Source: a virus (Duplodnaviria > Caudoviricetes). From it: 41,601 nt of DNA. Each line of letters starts with the position of its first letter. Position 1 is the first letter of the stretch. The DNA is taken from positions 1 to 41,601 of the IMG/VR virus record IMGVR_UViG_3300005281_000073, one strand, 5' to 3'. Of the stretch, positions 24,171-33,345 are shown piece after piece. A program made the translations under genes and the position numbers. The notes beneath the pieces were generated by a model, which did no database searches, was not told where the DNA came from, and saw only the letters and a list, made by a program, of their open reading frames with translations.

Positions 24171-27100
24171 TCAGAATTGCAGCGTGAACGTGCGCTCGAT
24201 GCCGCGCCCGACCAGCGCGGAGAGCTGCGCGATGCGGACAGTCAGCGTCTGCCCCGGCCCCAGCGGCGCGCCCCAATCCGCGGTCTGATCCGCCCCCGAG
24301 TACACGACGCTGGTGGTATTGCTCGATAGCGTGCGCTTGACCGTGGCGCCGTCGAGGATATCCACCTCGTAGGACTCGACATCCTCCTCCATGGGCACCT
24401 CGACCAGATCCCAGCTATCCGAGCCGATGGATCGGCTCCGCCGGACCCACCGGATGGTGAGATCGCCAGGCTCCCGGCCGCGCAAATACGGCTGCTCGAC
24501 ATGGCAGACGGAGAAAGGCTCGAGCCCGCGCGCATGCGGCGCGAACTCGAAGCCGATATATGCGTCATCGGAATGCGGCAGGCCCGCCGGCCCGATGCGC
24601 CACTGCCACGGCCTCCCGATATCGCCGATCGCCACCGGCAGGCTCACCAGCTGCCCGTCGAGCAGCACCACGCGCGCGCCAGCGGCCACGGTCGGACGGA
24701 TGGCATCCTCCGAGCCGCGCTGCCCGCGCAGAAGCCGCGTCAGGCGGTAAGTGTTCGGCGCCACCAGCTCGGCATTCGCCGCCTGCACGACTTCCCACAC
24801 GCCGGGCTCGGTCTCCACCGCCAGCGCATTCTCGCCGTCGAAAAGCAGGAGATCCGTCACGCTGGTGAGCGTGCCGCTGGACAGCTCCACCACCAGCGCG
24901 TTTGCCATGTCGAAGCGCGACGCCGGCCCAGCGTGGAAGTCCTCAATGGTGACGCCCATCCGTGCCGGCGCCGTAGTCCTGGTGAGCAGTTGGAAGCCGC
25001 CGTCCAGCGACTGGCTGCGATAGACGGCAATCGTCCCCGGCCAGGGCTGCGCATAGGCCGCCAGCAGCGGATGATGCGGCTGGTGGTCCTCGGCGATCTG
25101 CGGCAGGTCGAGGATTAGCGCCGCCGGCTCCCCGAAAAGCACCGGGAGCTTTACGGCCGACGCCCGCACCTCGCCCGGCGGCATGTCGTAGACGTCGCGG
25201 TCCTGCCGCACGGCCGTGATGGCGCGATGGCTGCCGTCATTCACCTGCGAAAGGCGGAGATCATAGGTCCGGCCATCGTGCTCGAGCGCGATCACGTCCG
25301 CCGGATCCAGCGCCAGGAGCGACGGCGGCAGGCGGAAGGTGGCGCTTTCGCGCGAGACCCAAGTCTCCTGCAGCGCGCGGCGCGCATGGCGCTCCGCCTC
25401 CTCCGGCGGAACCGCGAACGGGAATTGTGCGGCGCTGACACGGGAGGCCTCCACCGTGATGCGGCGCGCCTCCACCGTGGCCGTGTCGTATTCCTCGTCC
25501 GACCGCGCAAAGGTCCATTTGAGGGCCTGCGGCAGCTCGGTCTCCTGGCCGCGCTCGAATTCGATCACGTCCCCGTTGCCTTCCTGGACGAGATCGTCCA
25601 TCGCCACGCGCGCCACCGGCCCGCGGCCGCGCATACGGAACACGATGCGGCCCTCGCTTTCGACGGCATCAAAGCCGAAGTATTGCGCCAGCGTGGTGAT
25701 GGAGGCCCGCGGCGATTCGAGCGCCGTGATGAGATACCCCTCGACCGATCCCCACAGCTGCGAGACGTCGACGAATGCCGGCGGCAGGCCGGCCCGAGCG
25801 CAGAGATGGCGCACCAGCGCCGCCAGTGAGACCGAGCCCAGCCGCCCGGGCAGCCAGTGCCCGAGCCGCCAGTTATCGCCATCGCCCCACACGTCCGTAA
25901 GCGACGGGAACCATGGATAGGGCCGCGCATCCCACGTCCAGATGGCGCAATTGTCCACGTCGATCATGCGGCCCGAGTAGACCGAAGAATTCGGATTATT
26001 CGCGCTGTTCCGCCAGTAGAGCAGCACCGCCTCGATAAAGGCGCGCTGGATGGCGTCGTCGCGCCAGCCGCGCGAGAAATACGGCGCCACCGACTCGGCG
26101 GATTTCGGATCCAGGAACGCATTCGGCTGGTTTGACCCGCGGTCGATCGCCGGGCATCCCAGCTCGGTGAAGCGGATCGGCTTGCTTTGCGGCACCCACG
26201 CGGTCGGCGTTGCCGACTGCACGCCGCCAGGCCGGTTATAGTGCTGGTTCGACCACCAGGAGCGCAGATCCTTGTAGCGGAACACCCACGGCTTGCCGTA
26301 TGCGCCGTCCGTGATCGGAGTCCGGATCTGCCCGGCGCGCGCGCCATCGGATGCGTAGTACCAGTCGAAGCCCTCGCCGCCCTCGATGTTCGACTGCAGA
26401 TATTCGCGCTGGTAGATCGACTCCCATTCCTGCGCGTCGAGGTGCTCATAGCCATCGCGCCAGTCCGACAGCGGCATATAGTTGTCGATGCCGACAAAAT
26501 CGATGTTGCTCGACGCCCAGAGCGGATCGAGATGGAAATAGACGTCGCCCGAGCCGTCCTGCGGATGATGGCCGAAGTATTCCGACCAGTCCGCCGCATA
26601 GCTGATTTTCGTATTGCCCCCGAGGATCGTCCGGCAGTCATTCGCCAGCGTGATGAGCTGCGAAACCGCGGGATACGTGCCGGCCGCGCTGCGGATCTGC
26701 GTCAGCCCCCGCAGCTCCGAGCCGATAAGGAAGGTGTCCACGCCGCCGGCCTGCGCGCACAGCTCGGCGTAATGAAGAATGAACCGCCGATAGCCCCACG
26801 TCCGCGTGAAGAACGTATTGACCTGCGTAGCCGCCGCGGCCGTCTTGTCGACCGTGCCCGCGTAGCCGGGAGCAGGCGAGCACGTGATGCGGCCGCGCCA
26901 GGGATAGGACGGCTGGCCGGTCTGGCCGGCGTTGTCGCTGTACGGATTCGGCAGCGAGTTGCCCGCCGGGATATCCATCATGATGAAGGGATAGAACGTG
27001 ACGCGAAGGCCGCGCGCCTTGCACTCCTGTATCGCCTCCCGCACGGCAAAATCCGCCGGCGTGCCGCCGAACGCCGGGCGCCCGCTGATATAGGACACCA

Positions 27101-28091
27101 CCTCGGCGGAACCGCGCGTCACGCCATCAACCGACCAGGCGATATTTGTGCTTTTCGACGCCCGGTCGACCTTCGGCTTGATCTCGCAATTGCCGACGCG
27201 CAGATCCGAGCCGAACCACGTCACAACCAGCGACACGGCCTGAATGCCAGGCACCGCCGCCTGCAGCTGGTCGAGCGCGACGCGGAAATCCGACGTGGTC
27301 GTGAGCGCATTGAAGTTTTCCGGCGCAGAGACGCCCTGCCCCGCGTTCCGCGTCACTTTGCTGGTGGCATAGACGAACTCCCCAGCGCCGGGAATGATGG
27401 TCACCGCCTTGACAGCGCCCTCCGCCGTGTCCGGATCGTCCAGCGCCCGGAACACTTCAAAGGTGAGCTGCGGAATGCGATTGCCGAAACGCTCGAGGTG
27501 GACATCCTCGAACACAACGTAAGCGGTGCCGCGATAAGCCGGCGTCTCCGGCCCGGTTTTCGCCTGGATGAACGGGTCCGGCTGCTGCGTCTCGGTGCCG
27601 GGATAGAAGCGCCACGTGATGCCCGTAAGATCCAGCAGGTCGCCATCCGCCCAAATGCGCCCGATGCCGGTGACCGGCCCCTCGCACAGCGCCACGGCAA
27701 ACGAGGCGTAATAGCGGTACTCCGTATATTCCACGGTCGTGCCGCCACCGCCGCCCATGCCCTTGCCGCCGCCGGTGCGTTCCGTTCGCTTGATGATCTC
27801 CTCGCGGAAATCCGTCGCCCAGATCACATTGCCGCCGATGCGCATGCGGCCGAACACCTGCGGAATGACCGCGCCCTCGCCCGAGCCCGTGATCCGCGCC
27901 GCGTCGAGGCGCGCGCCCTCCACGCGCTGCGTCTCGCCGCCCATGAGCATGCCGACAACCCAGCTATCGACCACCGAGCCGATCGTGGTGCCGATCATGC
28001 CGCCGATGGTGGCGGCCGAAACGCCCAGAATCGTCCCGCCGATGGCGCCGCCGATGGCGGAGCCGACAACGCCCAATGCAATCGCAGCCAT
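24171..28091 (-). CDS. GTA-type baseplate multidomain protein (megatron; TIM-barrel plus tail domain)
   Basis: 1306 aa; TPAYRGTAYVVFE, IGSELRGLT, ISYAADWSEYFGH, GIDNYMPLSDWRDG, FTELGCPAIDRG and WTWDARPYP. Confidence 0.95.
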   Translation of the reverse strand: MAAIALGVVGSAIGGAIGGTILGVSAATIGGMIGTTIGSVVDSWVVGMLMGGETQRVEGARLDAARITGSGEGAVIPQVFGRMRIGGNVIWATDFREEIIKRTERTGGGKGMGGGGGTTVEYTEYRYYASFAVALCEGPVTGIGRIWADGDLLDLTGITWRFYPGTETQQPDPFIQAKTGPETPAYRGTAYVVFEDVHLERFGNRIPQLTFEVFRALDDPDTAEGAVKAVTIIPGAGEFVYATSKVTRNAGQGVSAPENFNALTTTSDFRVALDQLQAAVPGIQAVSLVVTWFGSDLRVGNCEIKPKVDRASKSTNIAWSVDGVTRGSAEVVSYISGRPAFGGTPADFAVREAIQECKARGLRVTFYPFIMMDIPAGNSLPNPYSDNAGQTGQPSYPWRGRITCSPAPGYAGTVDKTAAAATQVNTFFTRTWGYRRFILHYAELCAQAGGVDTFLIGSELRGLTQIRSAAGTYPAVSQLITLANDCRTILGGNTKISYAADWSEYFGHHPQDGSGDVYFHLDPLWASSNIDFVGIDNYMPLSDWRDGYEHLDAQEWESIYQREYLQSNIEGGEGFDWYYASDGARAGQIRTPITDGAYGKPWVFRYKDLRSWWSNQHYNRPGGVQSATPTAWVPQSKPIRFTELGCPAIDRGSNQPNAFLDPKSAESVAPYFSRGWRDDAIQRAFIEAVLLYWRNSANNPNSSVYSGRMIDVDNCAIWTWDARPYPWFPSLTDVWGDGDNWRLGHWLPGRLGSVSLAALVRHLCARAGLPPAFVDVSQLWGSVEGYLITALESPRASITTLAQYFGFDAVESEGRIVFRMRGRGPVARVAMDDLVQEGNGDVIEFERGQETELPQALKWTFARSDEEYDTATVEARRITVEASRVSAAQFPFAVPPEEAERHARRALQETWVSRESATFRLPPSLLALDPADVIALEHDGRTYDLRLSQVNDGSHRAITAVRQDRDVYDMPPGEVRASAVKLPVLFGEPAALILDLPQIAEDHQPHHPLLAAYAQPWPGTIAVYRSQSLDGGFQLLTRTTAPARMGVTIEDFHAGPASRFDMANALVVELSSGTLTSVTDLLLFDGENALAVETEPGVWEVVQAANAELVAPNTYRLTRLLRGQRGSEDAIRPTVAAGARVVLLDGQLVSLPVAIGDIGRPWQWRIGPAGLPHSDDAYIGFEFAPHARGLEPFSVCHVEQPYLRGREPGDLTIRWVRRSRSIGSDSWDLVEVPMEEDVESYEVDILDGATVKRTLSSNTTSVVYSGADQTADWGAPLGPGQTLTVRIAQLSALVGRGIERTFTLQF

Positions 28092-28094
28092 GTC

Positions 28095-28559
28095 TCAGGA
28101 TTTCTTTCTAACGTCTCGAGCCTGCGGATAGAGGAACGCGAAGGCGAGCCGCCGCCGCCAGGCATCGCCGAATGGCTCCTCGATCACTCCGAGGCGGTCA
28201 TAGGCATGGATGATGGTCCCGGCGTCGGTCAGGATCCCGCAATGCTTGGCGACCGCCCCCTCGCGCATGCGAAACACGAGCAGAGCGCCGGGCCGGATTT
28301 CCTCGAGGCCGATGGGGATCATCCAGCGCATCGCCGTCGCGGCGAAAACCTCCACCGGCCCCACCTCGCCCCAATCCCGCGTGTAAGGCGGGATATCGTC
28401 CGGCTCCGGACCAATCACCTCCCGCCAGACGCCGCGCGCGAGGCCGAGGCAATCGGCTCCCACGCCCTTGACGGATGCCTGGTCGTGATATGGCGTGCCG
28501 ATCCATTCCCGCGCCGCCGCGATGATGCGGGCCGCGGAAGCGCTGCGCCGCCGCTTCAT
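28095..28559 (-). CDS. NlpC/P60 cell-wall peptidase (tail-associated)
   Basis: AREWIGTPYHDQAS.KG.GADCLGL.RGVWR...AKHCGI...IHAY; ATG 28559 overlaps the upstream stop. Confidence 0.92.
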   Translation of the reverse strand: MKRRRSASAARIIAAAREWIGTPYHDQASVKGVGADCLGLARGVWREVIGPEPDDIPPYTRDWGEVGPVEVFAATAMRWMIPIGLEEIRPGALLVFRMREGAVAKHCGILTDAGTIIHAYDRLGVIEEPFGDAWRRRLAFAFLYPQARDVRKKS

Positions 28560-29440
28560 AGCACCTGCCCCGTGTTCGGCTTGCTCTTGGTGGCGTACCG
28601 GATGACCGCATCCTGCCCCGGGATATGCGGAAAGCCGCGGAAATTGACCACGTTGCCGAATTTCGTCCGGCACGTGGACACCTGCTTGTCGCAGCCCGCG
28701 CGGACGACGAAGCCATCGCCCGCGGAAATCGGCCTCACGGGCTCCTCGAGCAGGATGATGGTCACCACGCCGGCGATCTTGGAATGCAGGAGCACCTCCG
28801 CCCGCCGGCCAGCGTTCGCGCCGCTCGTCCATTCGACGAAGCCGAGCGAAAACCAGCCATCGTCGAAGGAGTCGAGCCCGGACGCGATGAAGGCCCGCGA
28901 CCGCTGCAGCGAAAGAACCGTCCCAGTGCCGCGATAGGCGGACGCATCGAGATTGACCTTGCACCGCGCATCGCCCAGCGCCGCGTCGCACGTCGCCTGA
29001 TAGACGCGCCCCACGGTCTGCTGCAGCACGTGAGCCATGGAGCGCACCTCGGCAACGAAGATCATCCGGCCGCGGCGCACCTGCCCGATGGCGCCGCGGC
29101 GCAGAAGCACGCGCTGGCTCGGATCTTGCCAGTTGACGCGCCACACCTCGACCTCGGCATTATCCCAGCGCCCGTCGAGAATATCGGCCTCCATGATGCG
29201 GTCCGAGTTGATGACGCCCTCGGCGTCCTGGGCATCGACGGAGAGATCCGAGCCCGCCCGGATCTCCGAGGCAATGAAGCCGGACTCCGGCTCGAAGGTG
29301 GTGCCGTCGAAAGTTAGCGGCTGGTCGTGGTCGGTGAAGCCGAATACCTGCCCATCGATCCGCGTCACGCGCCAGCACCACGCAAGCGTCGTCGCCCCAC
29401 TGGCCAGATGGCCAGCGAGCGCACCGTTCAAATTTTTCAT
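28556..29440 (-). CDS. DUF2163 baseplate hub protein (GTA g13-like)
   Basis: TTLAWCW...R.DG..FGFTDHD, C.A.LGD.RC, GCDK...TC..KF.N..NFRGFPHIPG. Confidence 0.93.
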   Translation of the reverse strand: MKNLNGALAGHLASGATTLAWCWRVTRIDGQVFGFTDHDQPLTFDGTTFEPESGFIASEIRAGSDLSVDAQDAEGVINSDRIMEADILDGRWDNAEVEVWRVNWQDPSQRVLLRRGAIGQVRRGRMIFVAEVRSMAHVLQQTVGRVYQATCDAALGDARCKVNLDASAYRGTGTVLSLQRSRAFIASGLDSFDDGWFSLGFVEWTSGANAGRRAEVLLHSKIAGVVTIILLEEPVRPISAGDGFVVRAGCDKQVSTCRTKFGNVVNFRGFPHIPGQDAVIRYATKSKPNTGQVL

Positions 29441-29539
29441 GTTGTTTAGCTACCTAAAGCACCGCGCCAGGCGGCGAGCGTCCGGCGCGTGCTCCCCATA
29501 TTGGTTGCCCCGCCGGGAGTCGCCCACTGCGTTTGCCCC

Positions 29540-29775
29540 TTACAGCTCAGAGGCTGCTTCCCACATGGCGTCGATCTGCTCTGGTGTTAGCCCAAGCGCC
29601 GCGTCGATCTGGCCGTATTCGGTGATCGTGCCCGCCTCGATATCGGCTAAGACTTGCGCCTCAAGCCCAAAGCACTGCCGGACGTGCTCGCGTACCGCGT
29701 CGGCCAAATCTACGAAATCGGCATTGCTCACCATGCGGAAAACGCCGTCAGCGAATTTCCAGCCGTCAGGATCGT
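29540..29775 (-). pseudogene. C-terminal remnant of a DUF4376-like tail-fibre accessory protein
   Basis: In frame upstream of ATG 29734: DPDGWKFADGVFRMVSNADF...AVREHVRQCF..E..V...I.AG.IT...QID; the N-terminus is missing. Confidence 0.6.
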
Positions 29776-29782
29776 TTCTCTC

Positions 29783-29864
29783 GCCAGGATCGGAGGGGGT
29801 GGTCTACGAACCCGCCCGCGTGCTTGAGCACGAAAGCGAGGCTGCGTTGAAAATTCTGCTTCAT
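29783..29864 (-). pseudogene. N-terminal remnant of a second GH108 endolysin
   Basis: MKQNFQRSLAFVLKHAGGFVDHP, then after a 1-nt shift SDPG; compare EGGYVDHPEDPG in the intact endolysin. Confidence 0.75.
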
Positions 29865-32680
29865 TCCCCTTTTCCTTCCAATTCGGCAACCCGCTCCGAA
29901 AGTTCCTGCACCGCCTGGATAAGAGAGGCCTTCATTCGCTCGATTTCCCGGCGCTGCCATGCTGCTTCTACAGCAAGAGCCTCGTTGTATCTGATGCCGA
30001 AGCGATCCCCCGAGACAATTCCTTTAGTCTCGCTGTCTTCCCATTGATCATAGCACAGCAGACCATACGCGAAGGGATCCAAGCCGTGCTTTTCAAATGC
30101 CTCCTTGACCCTCTGCGCGATCAGACCGAAGTGTATGCGGGCACCGTCGCCCTTCTTATCGACTGCATCGTTCCACCTATATTCACACCACTCAACGTCT
30201 CCCCAGGCATCCAGCACCTTCTCGCGGATTGTCGCAACTTGCTGCTTCTCGCGCTCATCTGACGTGTTTATCGTGCTCGTCCCAGCATAGACCTGCGACC
30301 AGCGGTAGCCGCCAGACCCTAAACTCTGAACATTGTCGGCGCCCGGTGCGACAGTGCCATCAGCGCGCATATCGAGACGGGTTGTAGTACCGGTCCTGAG
30401 TTCGAGACTGTGTTCAGTGGTATATGTCGAGATATAAGAGCGGTTATTGGTCCCGTTGACAATTACGCTGCCGTTGATGATTGTATTGCCCGCGTCCGTC
30501 ACTCGAAATTGTACAGCACCAGCACCATCTATGACATCAAAGGTCTGCCCCCCCGCTTTTTGTATTAATACCGCTTGCCCAGGGAGTGCCTTGATTAGTA
30601 GGTTAGGATTAATGTCAGCAAGTGGATTAAACTGCCTTTGAAGGTCGCTGACAGACCGAGGTGTAAACATGCGCGTGTCGATAGTGCCAGACCAATGGAC
30701 GTCTAGCCGAAGGTTGCGCGTTTCACCGCATGGTGCTTCTGCCGTGGAAGCCCCGAGTGCAGCCCGCGGTGAAGCGATGGCCCGTCCAATTTCCCACTTG
30801 CCCCCGATGAACTCTGCATCGTAGCAATCATGGATAAAGAAGTTGCAGGAGTCCGAACTCTCGCCAAATGAGCTGTAATCAAACCAGTGCAGCCCTCGCA
30901 TCGGATAGCCGCTGATTTCTGTACCCTTGGACGGGGCTGGGAAACCAAGGGCTTCTGCCTTTAGCCCGGAATGATGCCAGAGTGCCCACGCCTCACAACC
31001 AATTGCTCGACCTGTAGAGAAACCGGTCCCGCGCATCGGTGAACGGATTTCAGTGGTTCCCGAAACGTCCTTGTTCGTTCCGGTAAAGGTGAGATTGTTA
31101 CCGGCACGCGTGATGCCGGTGTAAGTGACAATCCCTTGGTTATTCGTATCGATTTGGCCTGATGACGGCCAATAGCTCTCCTCAGACCAGCGGATCGTGA
31201 GGCTATTTGCCGTTGACGAGAGGACACGCCACCTGTCGCCCGAACGGATCATCCATCCGACATAACCCTGACTGGAGACATTAATGAACACATTGTTTTC
31301 AGAGCGTCCCCATACGTCGAAATCAGGGCATATCTGGGCAATGCCAGCAACGCGCCAGTAACCTCGGATCTGGACTTCCTCGAAACGTGCGCCGTCAATC
31401 GAGTTGACCATCAGACCTATGTCTAGATCATCCCCAAGGGACATATTCCCCGGATCGCTGTAGCCAGAGATGCCATCGTCGCCAATCCAGGGGACAAGGC
31501 GCATCCGGCGCAAACCGCCCTTGTCTTTGTCAAGCTCCTTGTTAGCTGCAAAGACTTGCATGTCGCGGGGAGTTGCTGGCGTCGTGCCGCTGGCGTCAGC
31601 GTTCATGAAGGAGGTGAGCCTGAAGAAGCGGCCCGGTGTATCCGGATCTTCTCGCCAGCCCCCCGCGTACTTCATGGACGTGATGCCCCGTACCTGATAA
31701 TCCTTGCTCGATGCAACGCCAACTAGATTGGTTCCCTCCCAGGTCTTTGTTTGATTGAGGAAGGAAGGTATCCATTTGCCGTGTCCAGAGCCCTCAAAAT
31801 AGACACCAGGCGACCAGCGCAATTTCGTCAGGCAGTAGAACTGCCCAAGCACATACACCGTTCCGCCGCCCATCGCCGCCATAAAGGCATCGGCGTTTGC
31901 GAATGCAGCGTCATTGGCCGTGGTGTTAGCCTTATTGAGACCCGTAATGGCTCCGAACATTTCAACGCGGATTTGCTGGTAGGGCACCAACTCCCACCAA
32001 GCACCATCGGCAGACTGGATCTTGCCGGGGTGTGTTGGCTCTGTCTCCACGCGCTTGTAGAGAGCGGCGCCGCCGTCGCCAGCCGTGGCATAACCAGCCG
32101 TCCGAATAAAATCGAGGATGGGTGGAATGTTTGCACTTTGGACATCAGCCACAGCATCAAAGATGAAGCCGGCGTTAACGGCTGCGCTCGCAGCGGATTG
32201 CGCAGCCTCCGCCCCCTGCTGTGCCGCCTCCGCGGCGGACTGCGCATTCTCGGCTTTAGCCGCCCAATGACGCGCCGAATACCCATTCTCGACAACCTCC
32301 TCGTCCTCGGGCTTTTCCGCCCAAGCACGCGCGGTGGTCACAAGGTCGAGCAGAGTCAGATATTGCGCCCCGCTGATCGGCGAGGTCTCAATCAGATCCG
32401 CGATGACAAACGGCCCAGCGCCATCCGGTACCGTGAACTGGAAATAGCGGTCCGCGTCCGAAAGCCGGATTTGCCCCAGATACTGCCCCGGGACCAATGC
32501 CATGCTCACTCCGCCATCAGGACCAGTGACGGTGCGCAGCACCTCGTCGACGATCGCGGCATCCCCCTGCGGCACCACCTTGCGCTTGTCGCGGTAGATG
32601 GTGAGAGAGGAATTCGCGAACGGCGTGCCATCGGGCTTCAGAAGAACACCACCGATCTTGCGAGTCGTACTTGCGGACAT
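29861..32680 (-). CDS. Tail spike/fibre with C-terminal intramolecular chaperone (peptidase S74)
   Basis: Ala-rich stalk, RT.GY...GDGG.A.Y head motif, a beta-rich body, and TSDEREK...HFGLIAQ.V...GIRY.E with a terminal coiled coil. Confidence 0.9.
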   Translation of the reverse strand: MSASTTRKIGGVLLKPDGTPFANSSLTIYRDKRKVVPQGDAAIVDEVLRTVTGPDGGVSMALVPGQYLGQIRLSDADRYFQFTVPDGAGPFVIADLIETSPISGAQYLTLLDLVTTARAWAEKPEDEEVVENGYSARHWAAKAENAQSAAEAAQQGAEAAQSAASAAVNAGFIFDAVADVQSANIPPILDFIRTAGYATAGDGGAALYKRVETEPTHPGKIQSADGAWWELVPYQQIRVEMFGAITGLNKANTTANDAAFANADAFMAAMGGGTVYVLGQFYCLTKLRWSPGVYFEGSGHGKWIPSFLNQTKTWEGTNLVGVASSKDYQVRGITSMKYAGGWREDPDTPGRFFRLTSFMNADASGTTPATPRDMQVFAANKELDKDKGGLRRMRLVPWIGDDGISGYSDPGNMSLGDDLDIGLMVNSIDGARFEEVQIRGYWRVAGIAQICPDFDVWGRSENNVFINVSSQGYVGWMIRSGDRWRVLSSTANSLTIRWSEESYWPSSGQIDTNNQGIVTYTGITRAGNNLTFTGTNKDVSGTTEIRSPMRGTGFSTGRAIGCEAWALWHHSGLKAEALGFPAPSKGTEISGYPMRGLHWFDYSSFGESSDSCNFFIHDCYDAEFIGGKWEIGRAIASPRAALGASTAEAPCGETRNLRLDVHWSGTIDTRMFTPRSVSDLQRQFNPLADINPNLLIKALPGQAVLIQKAGGQTFDVIDGAGAVQFRVTDAGNTIINGSVIVNGTNNRSYISTYTTEHSLELRTGTTTRLDMRADGTVAPGADNVQSLGSGGYRWSQVYAGTSTINTSDEREKQQVATIREKVLDAWGDVEWCEYRWNDAVDKKGDGARIHFGLIAQRVKEAFEKHGLDPFAYGLLCYDQWEDSETKGIVSGDRFGIRYNEALAVEAAWQRREIERMKASLIQAVQELSERVAELEGKGE

Positions 32681-32691
32681 TTAGTGCTCCT

Positions 32692-33345
32692 TCAGGCAGG
32701 CAAAGGCGGCTCCGGGAGCCGCAGCTCGATGAGGGGAATTGAGGGAATGGAGCCGTGCGATTCGACGTCGAGCGTGACATCCATCATGTCCGTGTCGAAC
32801 CGCACCGGCACGTCGAACTCGAAACCAGCGGTCACCACCGCACCGTTCGCTGGAGGCGCATCGAAACTCACGATGCCGGTCGTGACGTCCGCGGACCAGC
32901 CGTCGAACTGCTCCACGTCATCGATGGCGACCTTCACGGTGCCGGCCACCGGCTTGTAGATCGGCCTCCAGATGCCCAGCGTGCACTCCGGGTCGCCGTA
33001 CCACTTCCGCAGCCGGAAATGGCGCTGGGCGCCGTTTCCGGTGCCGAGGAACTGGTCCCGGGCATCCGTAAAGCGCGACGGCGGGCAGGACTTGTAATCC
33101 GCCCAATCCTTGAAACGGAAACCGTAGAGCTGCCCGAGGCGCGCCTCGAAGAACGCAATGACCTCCGCCAGATCATCGGAGCGCCGGATCCCGTAGGATA
33201 CGTCATAACGCCGGCGCGCCTGCGCCCAGCTCGCATTGCGCTCCTCGAGCCCGGACGCCAGCGTCACGATCTGCGTCCGGCGCATGGGGCCGCCGCGAGC
33301 GCCGCGGCCGACCTTGTCAGGAAAGCGGACCTCGTGAAACGACAT
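32692..33345 (-). CDS. DUF2460 distal tail protein (GTA g12-like)
   Basis: FHEVRFP...GGP.RRT.IV.LASG.EERN..W, FFEAR.G.L.GFRFKDW.D and AGFEFDVPVRFDTD. Confidence 0.93.
   Translation of the reverse strand: MSFHEVRFPDKVGRGARGGPMRRTQIVTLASGLEERNASWAQARRRYDVSYGIRRSDDLAEVIAFFEARLGQLYGFRFKDWADYKSCPPSRFTDARDQFLGTGNGAQRHFRLRKWYGDPECTLGIWRPIYKPVAGTVKVAIDDVEQFDGWSADVTTGIVSFDAPPANGAVVTAGFEFDVPVRFDTDMMDVTLDVESHGSIPSIPLIELRLPEPPLPA

Noticed and set aside
23088-32680. Diversity-generating retroelement or invertible tail-fibre switch
   Set aside because: No reverse transcriptase or invertase is present, and I saw no template/variable repeat pair by eye.
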